The notes beneath the pieces were generated by a model that was not told where the DNA came from, did not search any database, and was given only the letters and a program-made list of their open reading frames with translations. A stretch of 64,000 bases of DNA from a virus (lineage: Duplodnaviria; Caudoviricetes): the IMG/VR virus record IMGVR_UViG_3300032092_000009, positions 1 to 64,000 of that record; one strand, 5' to 3'. The translations under genes were made by a program, and so were the position numbers. Below are positions 1 to 9,666 of the stretch, piece by piece. Position 1 is the stretch's first letter; every line of letters begins with the position of its first letter.

Positions 1-328
1 CTAAAAATGTATCATATACCCTAGTGGGTACAATTCTCTGATGATACAAGAATCGTAAGTCAAACTTAAAGTTATGACCTATTAGTTCCTTAATTTCTAA
101 TAAATTCTTGTACTCTTGGATGTCTATTGTAGATAGATCTACAACATACTGTACGTCTTGGTCTCCTAATTGCAAGGTATAAAACTTGCAAGTATATGGA
201 TCAAAACCACTAGTCTCGGTATCGACACCAATAGAGTCTAACTTATTTAAGTAATCTAGGGAATCTTGTACAGAGCAGAGGGTTACATCAGGCAGGGAGA
301 TATCTTGTTTTGTTACTAGATAAATCAT
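1..328 (-). CDS. polA: DNA polymerase family A, N-terminal 3'-5' exonuclease part (runs off window start)
   Basis: Not in ORF track. Manual translation from ATG at 328 gives MIYLVTKQDISLPDV...IGVDTETSGFDPY...LQLGD...IGHNFKFDLRFL...YDTFL, with ExoI (DTET) and ExoII (HNxKFD) motifs. ATGA overlap with upstream gene. Confidence 0.8.
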   Translation of the reverse strand, partial: MIYLVTKQDISLPDVTLCSVQDSLDYLNKLDSIGVDTETSGFDPYTCKFYTLQLGDQDVQYVVDLSTIDIQEYKNLLEIKELIGHNFKFDLRFLYHQRIVPTRVYDTFL

Positions 329-969
329 TTTAATAATGGTCCTACTATTTTGTTATAATCGTGTAATGCTTCACGTAGTTTCTGATACTTCTCAGTCTGA
401 GTGTAGTTTCCTTGTTCAATATCTGTAAGGCAAGTTCTATACACATCGTAGATGAGTTTTCTATCATGGTTGCTTAGCTTAAGAATCTTATTAGAGAGTT
501 GCAACATGTCTTCCGTAGTGTCTTCTCCCCATATCCTATTTAAAGACTTACCTAAGTTCCACACGTGGTGAGGAGTATATAGGTTGCATTTAGGACAAGC
601 AGGTAAGAGATTAGTCAAATGGTATCGTGTAGATACTTTGGTTCTTCCTACGAAGTGTGCACATTGAAGTCCTTTAGGGTCAAGCGTAATCTCACAAGCA
701 TGGCATTTGTTAATGTGTGCTCCTCTTACTAGCCAGGAAGTTATTTGGTCTAACTTAGTTTGAGTGATAGTTTCTTGTTTGATCTTTCTTTTGATCTCCT
801 TGCGGACTTTTTGCTTAGCCTTCTTTTCTTTTACTACACAGCTAGCACACAATCTCTTAGTCTTGTTTGCTATTGCTTTAATCTTACCACATTCAGAGCA
901 AGGCTTCTGCAAATCTTTCTCTTCAGGTAATCCCTTTACGGGAATCTTCTTAGGTGTTCTCTTTAACAT
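325..969 (-). CDS. NinG/Rap-like HNH-family nuclease with Zn-binding Cys pairs
   Basis: CxxC pairs; CAHFVGR...TRYHLTNLLPACPKCN resembles the lambda NinG family. Confidence 0.7.
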   Translation of the reverse strand: MLKRTPKKIPVKGLPEEKDLQKPCSECGKIKAIANKTKRLCASCVVKEKKAKQKVRKEIKRKIKQETITQTKLDQITSWLVRGAHINKCHACEITLDPKGLQCAHFVGRTKVSTRYHLTNLLPACPKCNLYTPHHVWNLGKSLNRIWGEDTTEDMLQLSNKILKLSNHDRKLIYDVYRTCLTDIEQGNYTQTEKYQKLREALHDYNKIVGPLLK

Positions 970-1048
970 ACTCTACAAATATAACTGAGAACACACAAAA
1001 AGAAAAGGAGATCTAGTGACCTCCTAATCTTTTGGCATGCAACAGGTA

Positions 1049-1897
1049 TTACAAAGATAATAACTCTCTATGAACGGGAGTGTAGGTTTCGGAAATTAAT
1101 TCCAAACCTTTATTATTAATGGTGTAAGCACTACCATGAATCAAAGACTCACGCTTAGCTTCCACACTTTTGTGTGACATCATATAGTTAGTAAAGCGAG
1201 TAGTTGCGTTAAACAAAGCATAAGCAGTGTTACCGTGTGTCTCATACTCTGCAGTAATAGACCTACGAAAATCGTTTACTCTGTTCTTACCTCTTGAGTT
1301 AGCTACATCACCTCCGATAATACTTAAGATAAAGTCATCTGAAACAGTTTCAGGTACGTTAATAGTACTCATATCAATCAACTTTTCAATGAACTGCTCT
1401 TCTTGGGTGAGAGAGTTTTGGAGTTGAGAGACGATAAGACTTAGGCGACCATGTGAATTCTTGGTGTGTCTTACACGCTGAGAATCCCTTAGTGCCATAT
1501 AAAAAGTATTAGCACATACAACAGTTACGTTAGTGGCACCAAAGCCTATAGGAGAACTTCCATCATGGGAAGTCAAAGCAGTTAAGTATCTTTTGTTAAA
1601 AGATCCTCCGATTTTTACATCTTCTAGGGGAAACTGGTAATAGACTTTCTGTCCTTCTCCAAGCATACCACCTCTTTCACCTGATATATTTACTCGGGCT
1701 GCTGCTTCAAGTAACATATCTAGGATTTCTTCGTTCTGTGTAGGAACATACTTGGCTCCTACAATACCTAAACATCTGTTGTTGTCTGTTCTAAAGACCC
1801 CAAATGCTGGTGTGGGTTCCCCATCAGGACCAAACAAGGCTTTCTTTTCTACTACCCAATTTGTTCTTGATGAGTTTAATAAATCTAGTTTATTCAT
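1049..1897 (-). CDS. DUF932/DUF945-like phage protein
   Basis: VFRTD..LGIVG..Y...QNEE, LTSHDGS, VVCANT and TAYALFNA.T motifs. Confidence 0.75.
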   Translation of the reverse strand: MNKLDLLNSSRTNWVVEKKALFGPDGEPTPAFGVFRTDNNRCLGIVGAKYVPTQNEEILDMLLEAAARVNISGERGGMLGEGQKVYYQFPLEDVKIGGSFNKRYLTALTSHDGSSPIGFGATNVTVVCANTFYMALRDSQRVRHTKNSHGRLSLIVSQLQNSLTQEEQFIEKLIDMSTINVPETVSDDFILSIIGGDVANSRGKNRVNDFRRSITAEYETHGNTAYALFNATTRFTNYMMSHKSVEAKRESLIHGSAYTINNKGLELISETYTPVHRELLSL

Positions 1898-2091
1898 AGT
1901 TTGATTTTTTTAATTGATTCGATAAATTTTGTTAGTTCTGCTAGTTCTTTGACTCTTCCTTGGATCTCACAGTAATCGTACTCACTGCTCTGTTCCATTT
2001 GTCTTACTTCTTTAACTCTAGTAGTGATAAATTCTACTAGTTGTCCTTTTAGTTCTAAGTGCCCTAAGGCCTCATAATCTTGCCAATTCAT
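1894..2091 (-). CDS. hypothetical protein
   Basis: In-operon ORF overlapping its neighbour's start/stop. Confidence 0.55.
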   Translation of the reverse strand: MNWQDYEALGHLELKGQLVEFITTRVKEVRQMEQSSEYDYCEIQGRVKELAELTKFIESIKKIKL

Positions 2092-2095
2092 GTTT

Positions 2096-2797
2096 TTATT
2101 TTAAGTTTTCTAGCCATACAATATCATCTGGATTGCTGGCCATAAGGATTTGGTTAATTCTTGTAAAGTGATCACACTCCCATTCTCCTCCTTTGTATAG
2201 TGCTGAAGCAGGATGAGGTGCTGTTAATACGTGGTGAAATTTGTCATCAACTAAGTGAGCAAACTTTAAGGCGTCCTTACCCCAGAAACAAAAGATTAAA
2301 CCTGTAGTACTACTACTTAAAGTTTTAAGTACTTCTTCGGTAAACTGTTTCCAAGGCTCCAAGTGAGAACCTGACTTACCTTCTTCAATAGTCAAAGCAG
2401 CGTTTAACATAAGAACTCCTTGCTTAGCCCATGATTCTATGTTCATATCTATGGGGAAGGATAATTCGTCTGGATAAATGTCTTGTTTGATTCTATTGTA
2501 CATAATCCTAAGGGAAGGAGGTATGTAGTCTCGATTTCTAGGTGCGAAAGAAAGTCCACATGCTACTGGTTCCCCCTTATGTTTGTTTGGATAAGGGTCC
2601 ATACCTAGTATAACTACACGAACTTTCTGAAATGGAGTTAAATTAAAAGCCCTGAAGACTTCATCCTTCTTAGGAAAGATCTGTTTACTTGCTCTTTCCC
2701 TAGCGATGAAACCCCCAAGGCTTCTAAAATACGGACTCTCTATTGTTTCTCTTAAATGCTGATACCAATCGTCTGGTATATCAATTAGTTTTTTCAT
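2096..2797 (-). CDS. ung: uracil-DNA glycosylase family 1
   Basis: VRVVILGMDPY, GLSF, PPSL, WAKQGVLMLN, FWG and HP motifs. Confidence 0.92.
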   Translation of the reverse strand: MKKLIDIPDDWYQHLRETIESPYFRSLGGFIARERASKQIFPKKDEVFRAFNLTPFQKVRVVILGMDPYPNKHKGEPVACGLSFAPRNRDYIPPSLRIMYNRIKQDIYPDELSFPIDMNIESWAKQGVLMLNAALTIEEGKSGSHLEPWKQFTEEVLKTLSSSTTGLIFCFWGKDALKFAHLVDDKFHHVLTAPHPASALYKGGEWECDHFTRINQILMASNPDDIVWLENLK

Positions 2798-3428
2798 TAT
2801 TAATGTGCTCTAAAAACACTCCGTTAACTAAGGTTCTTGACTTCTTACCCCAACCTGCTCTGTCTTCTACCAAAATAATGTTAGGATTTAAGACCGTATT
2901 AAGGAGTCCTGGGTATTCTTTCTCAATCTCGTTAAGAACTTTTACATACTGAGCCTTATAAGAGCTAATAGTGTCGTAAAAGTCTTTGTGTTTCTTAATA
3001 GAATGGATGATACTTGAGTGATCTTTAGATAAGAGGAATCCTATCTTAGATAATGTGTAGTAGAACTGAAGTCTAAACACAGCTGCAAACTGAAATCTTG
3101 CGTCTACTAACTCTCTTCCTCTACGTAGTCTTACAAAGTCTTCTATATCGACCTTATGTACTCTACATATAATAGACATAATAGATTGCTCTAACTCGTT
3201 AAACTTTCTAATGTTTATTTTGGTTTCTTGCGATCTTTGAAATGTAGCCAATCTCTTTGCTGCTGCTTCCTCTGGGGTTACAATCGTTACATTCTTTGTA
3301 TAATACTTAGAATATTTACTCTTGCTTCTTGTTCTGTTCCAAACACCTTCCTGTACTAAGGATTCCACTTTTAAGTCCTTAAACGCTAACGCTAAGGCTT
3401 CTTTTACAATATCGTGAACTGTTGGCAT
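2781..3428 (-). CDS. protein with DnaA C-terminal (domain IV) helix-turn-helix
   Basis: RRGRELVDAR...TLSKIGFLLSKDHSSIIHS matches the DnaA domain IV signature (R..AR...SL..IG..F.RDHTTV.H). Confidence 0.75.
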   Translation of the reverse strand: MPTVHDIVKEALALAFKDLKVESLVQEGVWNRTRSKSKYSKYYTKNVTIVTPEEAAAKRLATFQRSQETKINIRKFNELEQSIMSIICRVHKVDIEDFVRLRRGRELVDARFQFAAVFRLQFYYTLSKIGFLLSKDHSSIIHSIKKHKDFYDTISSYKAQYVKVLNEIEKEYPGLLNTVLNPNIILVEDRAGWGKKSRTLVNGVFLEHINNEKTN

Positions 3429-4393
3429 ATTTCTATTAATTTTTCTTTTCCGTGTACTTTGTAAATGTCGCTTATGTCTTTACCTAAGCTTGCGTGATGA
3501 TACAATACTGGTATATCGTACATCTCTGATATCTTCTTTGCTCCTTCTATTCCTGCTCTATCTGCATCAAACCAAACATATATGGAATCAAACCTAGCCT
3601 TAAGAAGCTCATAGGCGTTCTCTGAGATAGGAGTTGTTTCACTTCTAACAGCTACTGCATTAACTCCAATAGAATGTAAGGTCATCACATCTTTAGTTCC
3701 TTTGGTAATAATTAAGATACTTCCCTTATGTGGTAGCTGGGTATAACCCTCAAGCATACCTCCAAAGAAGTTAGTTCTAAATTTTACTCTCTTATCTGCA
3801 TAAGGACGATATAGTTTAAACTTATCTTTCTCTTTATACCGATAACAAGGATCAAAGTCGTTATTAATGTACCATATATTCTCTGCTATCCAAGCCTTTT
3901 CTACTCTTCGTACATCATAGAACTTAAGAATCTTTTCTGTTACTCCGAACTGAGACCAGTATTCTAAATCTTTCTGATTGAACTTAGTTAGTTTTACTTT
4001 AATGGATGCAGGTTTTACTTCTGCTGGTTTAACTGTTTTAAGACTATCTACTTCTATTTTAAGTCCAAGCCTGTCTTCTAGGCTAAAGTTCTTAAGCTGG
4101 AAGTCTGACTCAATTTTATACAGGATATCAGGATACTCATATCCTGTTCTCATTTGAGCTATGTCTATGCAGTTATAGTGGATTTTCTCAGTAGCGTAAT
4201 CAATAAAGTAAAGGTTACCTCCTTGACTCCACTTGAAGAAACAGGTAGCATGCTTATCAGATCTGAAAGGATTCTTATACTTATTTCTCAAGTCTATCTT
4301 TTCTCCGAAGTAAAAAGACATCAAGGTTTCTTGTCCTACAAGTTTGTACAGTGTCTGTACGTTAGGTCTGATTTCAATACTTGTTAAATCCAT
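3404..4393 (-). CDS. DNA primase (TOPRIM, crAss-like type)
   Basis: NPFRSDKHATC N-terminal region; LIITKGTKDVM, WFDADRAG and KDISD TOPRIM motifs. Confidence 0.85.
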   Translation of the reverse strand: MDLTSIEIRPNVQTLYKLVGQETLMSFYFGEKIDLRNKYKNPFRSDKHATCFFKWSQGGNLYFIDYATEKIHYNCIDIAQMRTGYEYPDILYKIESDFQLKNFSLEDRLGLKIEVDSLKTVKPAEVKPASIKVKLTKFNQKDLEYWSQFGVTEKILKFYDVRRVEKAWIAENIWYINNDFDPCYRYKEKDKFKLYRPYADKRVKFRTNFFGGMLEGYTQLPHKGSILIITKGTKDVMTLHSIGVNAVAVRSETTPISENAYELLKARFDSIYVWFDADRAGIEGAKKISEMYDIPVLYHHASLGKDISDIYKVHGKEKLIEICQQFTIL

Positions 4394-4465
4394 AGTCAGT
4401 TAATAAAAAAGGGGCTACAAATGTAACCCCCTTTTTTAAAAATAGAATAGAATAATTTAAAAGAT

Positions 4466-5308
4466 TTAGAACAAGCTGTCTACGTCTTCGCTAATAGGTG
4501 CAGTTGCTACCTCATTAGTATCCCAACTCATAGAAGGTTCGTTAGAGAAAGGACTCTCTACTTCATTGCTTTCAGGAGCATCATTCTCAGTGTATTCTTT
4601 GAAGGTAAAGTTTCCATAGAAACTCTTGAAACCATACTCACCAGTGATTTGCTTAGCTACGTAGTCAGTAATTTTACCACCTACGTTAACAAATACCTTA
4701 GTGCATACATCTTGGTACTTACCATCTTTAATTCCTAAAAGAACTTTAACACCCATGTTAGCTTTGTTAAAATGAGCAAAGAAGTCTACCAACTCATTAC
4801 CCTTACCTCTAGCAATAGAGTTCCAAGAGTCAAGTACAAATGGCTTCTCTTTAGGAGAGATGTTACCATAAGCCTTAAGCAAAGAGTAAATTGACTCTTC
4901 ACCACCTTTAGCTTCACGTGCACTTCTCAAATCCATTCTACGAGAAGGATCCAAAGCAGATTGTGCATCGCTCAAGTCAGCCAAGTTAAGAGCCCAAGAG
5001 GTTTTTGTATAGTTGTCAATAAACTGTTTCTTACCTGCTTGTGAGGTACGAGTATCGTTGTTAACCCACAAAGAGAACTTACCACGTAATTCTGTTTTGA
5101 AGTCTGGATGGTTTACATACCAGAAGTCCAAACGCATTCCGTTTTCTCCTTGGTAGTTAGGTTCTTTAATTTTATCTTCGTCAATTCCCAAAAGTGCAGC
5201 AAGAGCTTTACTAGTTGGGTTTACAGCAACGATTTGAATAGGAGCAAATCCTGTGTACATTTTTTTGCCTGATGAAGGCTCTCTGGTTTCTAATTCTTCG
5301 AATTTCAT
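4466..5308 (-). CDS. putative single-stranded DNA-binding protein
   Basis: Sits between primase and AAA ATPase; acidic C-tail ending DVDSLF; VAVNPT and RLDFW motifs as in crAss-like replication modules. Confidence 0.5.
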   Translation of the reverse strand: MKFEELETREPSSGKKMYTGFAPIQIVAVNPTSKALAALLGIDEDKIKEPNYQGENGMRLDFWYVNHPDFKTELRGKFSLWVNNDTRTSQAGKKQFIDNYTKTSWALNLADLSDAQSALDPSRRMDLRSAREAKGGEESIYSLLKAYGNISPKEKPFVLDSWNSIARGKGNELVDFFAHFNKANMGVKVLLGIKDGKYQDVCTKVFVNVGGKITDYVAKQITGEYGFKSFYGNFTFKEYTENDAPESNEVESPFSNEPSMSWDTNEVATAPISEDVDSLF

Positions 5309-5337
5309 AATTGTTTGTCTTTAAGTTTGTTTAAATT

Positions 5338-6033
5338 TTATTTCTTTTTTGTTGGTACTTCTTCTGTGTAATAAGTGTCGATTGTCTGACATACAAGACT
5401 TAGGTCATTTGGAATCAATGTATCAGCAAACATATCCATAGGGCTCTTCGCAGGATAGTTCTTGAAACGATTGGTTACAAAATGATAGGTTGCTTTCTCA
5501 TCCTTATCTTCACCTACGTGAGTATAAAGACAGATAGTAAACAATCCTTCTAACACAATTTGGTTGTCCAAAGCTTTACCGATAGTCTTAATCTTCTGAC
5601 CTACGATATGTCCATCATCCTCTATGTTTTCTGAGTGAGTGATGTAGAATACTTTAAGGTCACTACGAAGTTTGCGAGCTGTAGTAAGCATGTTGGTTAC
5701 ATCCTTAGCTAAGTTTACAAATTTACCGAAACCTACTTCGTTAGCTTTCTTCATCATAAGGAAAGACATAGAGTAGATAGCATCATCCATAATTACATTC
5801 TTGATGTGTGGTGCTTTATCGCTAATTTGTTGTAACAAAGCTGTGATTTGAGCGATCTCATCTACTTCCATGTAGTTCTTTGACTCAGTGTTGTAGAGTT
5901 TCTCTGCTCCTTTGAAAGGCAATTCTTTCCTTGCTACGTTGATGATAAAGGTTTCTTTGGGATCGAGGGTTCTGATAGAGGTAGATTTACCTGTACCTGA
6001 AGGTCCTACAATTGCGATTAGTTTGCTTGACAT
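5338..6033 (-). CDS. AAA_24/Sak4-like P-loop ATPase
   Basis: GPSGTGKST Walker A, VIMDD Walker B, KTIGK and AKSP motifs. Confidence 0.85.
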   Translation of the reverse strand: MSSKLIAIVGPSGTGKSTSIRTLDPKETFIINVARKELPFKGAEKLYNTESKNYMEVDEIAQITALLQQISDKAPHIKNVIMDDAIYSMSFLMMKKANEVGFGKFVNLAKDVTNMLTTARKLRSDLKVFYITHSENIEDDGHIVGQKIKTIGKALDNQIVLEGLFTICLYTHVGEDKDEKATYHFVTNRFKNYPAKSPMDMFADTLIPNDLSLVCQTIDTYYTEEVPTKKK

Positions 6034-6042
6034 ATATTTATT

Positions 6043-6366
6043 TTATTTTGTTTCTTCGATTTCGTCTATTTGTCCTATGATATCATCTTCTGTATCCCAC
6101 CCAAAGTTGCCTACAAAGTGCACAGCGGCAGTGAAACAGTTCTGAAGATCTTTCTCAGGGTCAGTTAATAACTCTTCTCTCATATCTTCATTGTTGTAAA
6201 GTTCTGAGGAAAGCCACATCAAGAAGTTGTCTTCTTGTTCTATGGTCCATGTGTGCTTCTCATACCATCCATCTTCCTTGAAGTCGATAGTAGTATAGTC
6301 TACGTTAATAACATCACACATTTGCTTGATTATTCTAATTAAATAGGGGTTCTGTTGTTCATCCAT
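6043..6366 (-). CDS. hypothetical protein, related to 14936..15223
   Basis: Shared II.QM...D.W....W/T..Q...W...GW/L pattern. Confidence 0.6.
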   Translation of the reverse strand: MDEQQNPYLIRIIKQMCDVINVDYTTIDFKEDGWYEKHTWTIEQEDNFLMWLSSELYNNEDMREELLTDPEKDLQNCFTAAVHFVGNFGWDTEDDIIGQIDEIEETK

Positions 6367-6369
6367 TCT

Positions 6370-7482
6370 TTACATTTTTAAAAATCGTTCATAATAATTG
6401 CCCACTGGGTTATTCATATCCTGGGGTCTAGGTAACTCTTGGAACTCTCCGTTAGCTCCATTAAAATATAGTCCTATGCTTGAGTTTTCTAAGCCATAGT
6501 AACGGTCTTTAAGGAATTTAAGGGAGCGATACTTGTTACCTAAGATACTTACATCATATCCATTATGGGTAGCAATGTTGTATCTAGCAGGACTAAATAA
6601 ACCAATGACAATCTCGTAGTCTTGGTGTACACCTTTGTTGATGTGAAGTTCTTCCATTGAAGGTTCTAGTTTTTCTTCCATCAACTGACCTTTGTAGGTG
6701 TAAGTCTGTTTCTCTGATGCAGGTGTCTGCTGATGTACAATTACGTTAATCATCTTGTAACGCTTAGAGAAAACCTCTAATACGTAATCCTTAATCATAA
6801 AGTCAAAGGTTTGATAAGATGACAACTTAATCTTAGTGTCAGGAGCTATCTCATTAGATAGAAGACTAATGTGGTCTAAAATAAAAAATACCCAGGTATC
6901 TTCTGATCTATACTTATAGCCTGTGATTAACTTCTTACCGTCTTCGAGTTCTTTATATGTGTGCTCTCCGATTTCAGGGTTATCAAAATAGGCTCTAATA
7001 TATTTCGAGATTCCCGTAGGGTTTCTAATGTAATCAACTACTTCTACGATCTCTTGTAGGTTATAGATGAATCTTTCAGCCTCTTTAACTTTAGCCATAA
7101 GATCATTAGTCATAGTGTAATTACCAATAGACTTTAGTTGTTGTACGCTAATAGTTATCTTGTGCTTCTCATACATGTAGATTGAGATAAAAGATAACCA
7201 GAAGTCTGTAGCACTTTCTTCTAAAGCAAAGTAAAAGATTTTAGGTTGTATAGAACTCTTGTTCAAGCGTACTTGCTTGTAGATGTTTAAGATAGTCATG
7301 TACTTAGCAAACTTTGACTTACCTACACCTGATGCAGCTGTTAAACAAGTAATAGAACCTTTAGTAAATCCTCCGTAATGTTCTCCTAGTCTCGGAAATG
7401 GAGGAGGGATAGAAGTTAATCCCCCCTCTTCCTTTACTAGTTTATTCCGTTCTATCTGCCCAATTAATTGTCCAAACTCCAT
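6370..7482 (-). CDS. DnaB-like (SF4) replicative helicase
   Basis: AASGVGKS Walker A, FALEES, FILDHIS Walker B, LKDRYYG arginine-finger region. Confidence 0.85.
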   Translation of the reverse strand: MEFGQLIGQIERNKLVKEEGGLTSIPPPFPRLGEHYGGFTKGSITCLTAASGVGKSKFAKYMTILNIYKQVRLNKSSIQPKIFYFALEESATDFWLSFISIYMYEKHKITISVQQLKSIGNYTMTNDLMAKVKEAERFIYNLQEIVEVVDYIRNPTGISKYIRAYFDNPEIGEHTYKELEDGKKLITGYKYRSEDTWVFFILDHISLLSNEIAPDTKIKLSSYQTFDFMIKDYVLEVFSKRYKMINVIVHQQTPASEKQTYTYKGQLMEEKLEPSMEELHINKGVHQDYEIVIGLFSPARYNIATHNGYDVSILGNKYRSLKFLKDRYYGLENSSIGLYFNGANGEFQELPRPQDMNNPVGNYYERFLKM

Positions 7483-7484
7483 AC

Positions 7485-8042
7485 TTACAAAATTTGATGA
7501 CTATTGTAAGCTGGCCCACTACCATTCTTCAACTCCTCACACCATTTGGCTAAGTCGCTTTGGTCTACGTTATCTATCTTTTTGTAGATAAAGTAACCAC
7601 ATTCTCTAACGAATCTAATGTTTCCTTGAGACTTAAGTGTATTTATGTAGAGATCTGTTGCTTGTGCTATTTCTTCAAGAGTGTAGTCGTACTCACTGAT
7701 AAATCTAATTAAGCGTTTTACTACGCTAGATTTGTCTGTGGTTTTACCTGATACTCCTAGATTCTTAGCACTAAACTTACCTACAAACTCAGCTAGCCAA
7801 GTAGCAGAGATAACAATTTCCTTCTTTCCAGAAGTTTGATTACTCAGTGGAGTAGGATTGTTAGAAGTACTAGTAGAAATAAACTCTCCGATAGATTTAG
7901 AAAGATCTAAATCCTCTAGTGCTTTAGGTGTCCAACTATAAGTAGTTCCGTTATGTAGAAGTTTCTCTTCGTAAATCCACTTGTCTATCATCTTCTCCTT
8001 CTGTAGCAGTGCCCAGAGGACTTCGTAAAACGTTTTCTTCAT
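7485..8042 (-). CDS. hypothetical replication-module protein
   Basis: 185-aa ORF directly upstream of the helicase. Confidence 0.6.
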   Translation of the reverse strand: MKKTFYEVLWALLQKEKMIDKWIYEEKLLHNGTTYSWTPKALEDLDLSKSIGEFISTSTSNNPTPLSNQTSGKKEIVISATWLAEFVGKFSAKNLGVSGKTTDKSSVVKRLIRFISEYDYTLEEIAQATDLYINTLKSQGNIRFVRECGYFIYKKIDNVDQSDLAKWCEELKNGSGPAYNSHQIL

Positions 8043-8232
8043 CTGTTGGTTTTATTAAAGTAAAGTTTACACCCTTAAAAATTTCCTGAGAATTAATCTT
8101 TATTGGGTCTACAAAGATAGGCAAATCCTCATCTTTTTGCAAGAGAATTTGGTCTTCTATCCACATTTTTTTCATAAAAAGAAAGTCTGGATGTGACTCC
8201 AGACTTTCTCCATAGTGTTCTATATCCATAAG

Positions 8233-9660
8233 TTACAGTTTTACAATTTCTTCGAAAGGAACTTGTCCATCTTTGCAATCTTTCATCATCGTCTCAATGA
8301 ATACTTGCTCGTCTTCAGGTACGTTAAAGATGCTTTCGCACTCATAACAATAGCTGTTAAGTAACAAATCATTTGTAACGTGAAGCTTATCACCTAGACA
8401 ATTAGGACAAATACCTTCCATCATCATTTCATCAAGGTCTGCTTGCTTGTAGAGAACTTTAGACTTATTGCTGAATGACTCTAGTCCTTCTCTGAGTCTT
8501 GGGTCTTGATACTGAGGATAACATTCTGCTATCCATTCGCTGTAGATTTCATACTCCTCCTCTGCTGCGGCTTCTTCTGCTTTATCTTTATCATAAGCAA
8601 TATCTCCAAAAGGATCTAACATGTCCAAGGGATCTTCTGGTTTAGACCAGTGCTTTGAACTTTTAGTAGAAGCCAATTCGCTTTTTGGGGGCATCCACTC
8701 TCCCCTCTGTATGTCATAGTACCAATCTTCATCATCGTCATCCCAGATATTAATTTGCTTAGCACCTGTTCCCAAGTAAGTAGTACTAGATTTAGTCTTA
8801 CTACCTCCATACGGAAGCTCAGAACGAAGATTAGGTACAGGGAAGGTAAGAGGAATGTTTCTCTCAGCTAGCATTGTAAGCATTTCATAAGCAAAACTAA
8901 AAGCATTAGTAAGAAGTGCTACACTTGCTACCTCGCTATCTCCATGCTCGTTGAAATAACCACAAGATAAATTGTGAGAAGATACCTTAAGACCTCGCTT
9001 ACGAAGACCACCTACGTCAGTAGCTGTGCCTGAATTAAGAGTGTAACCATACTTATCCATCAAATCACCAATTAAGTCATAATGCTCAGGGTTGAAAGTC
9101 TGAACACCATTTGTATACTTAATGAAGTCATTTGTATAGGATCTGCGATCTAGCTGAGTAACAACCAAAGAGTCGTCAAAGAAGCTCATATCGCAAGCAT
9201 AAGTACCTACTAGACCTCTCTCCTCGCCATAAGGCAAGAACACCTTACAAGCAGGCATCATCTTAAGCATTTGGATAGCAAAGCATACACCTACAGAGTC
9301 ATCGAGACCTAAGCCACACTGTTCGCCTCTTGCATTGTCAAAGCCAAAAATCCATTCATCTGTCTTAAAGATTCTCATCCCAGCATGATAGTCTTGAGCT
9401 GTGTCATAGTGAGCTACGATAGTAGGATAGAATTCTGCTGCTCCTTTTGTGCAATAGATATTGCCTCCTCTCTCGTACACAGTAACTCCTTCGATCTTAG
9501 AAATAAGCTCTACAAGCCAATCTTTCTTAAGTGCTTCGAGTTCTGGTTGATAGGTAGGACTTTGTTGATACATAATATCAAATAGTAGATCAAAATCTAC
9601 TGGGAAATCACCCTTAATGGTGTGGTCTATTGATTCTAGTTTACTTGTTGTGTATTTCAT
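8233..9660 (-). CDS. M20/M28-family zinc metallopeptidase-like protein with acidic region and C-terminal Zn ribbon
   Basis: AHYDT, GLDDSVG, GEERGLVG, QLDRR, TDV and GYFNEH metal-ligand motifs; CPNC...CYEC at the C-terminus. Confidence 0.8.
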   Translation of the reverse strand: MKYTTSKLESIDHTIKGDFPVDFDLLFDIMYQQSPTYQPELEALKKDWLVELISKIEGVTVYERGGNIYCTKGAAEFYPTIVAHYDTAQDYHAGMRIFKTDEWIFGFDNARGEQCGLGLDDSVGVCFAIQMLKMMPACKVFLPYGEERGLVGTYACDMSFFDDSLVVTQLDRRSYTNDFIKYTNGVQTFNPEHYDLIGDLMDKYGYTLNSGTATDVGGLRKRGLKVSSHNLSCGYFNEHGDSEVASVALLTNAFSFAYEMLTMLAERNIPLTFPVPNLRSELPYGGSKTKSSTTYLGTGAKQINIWDDDDEDWYYDIQRGEWMPPKSELASTKSSKHWSKPEDPLDMLDPFGDIAYDKDKAEEAAAEEEYEIYSEWIAECYPQYQDPRLREGLESFSNKSKVLYKQADLDEMMMEGICPNCLGDKLHVTNDLLLNSYCYECESIFNVPEDEQVFIETMMKDCKDGQVPFEEIVKL

Positions 9661-9666
9661 TATTTT

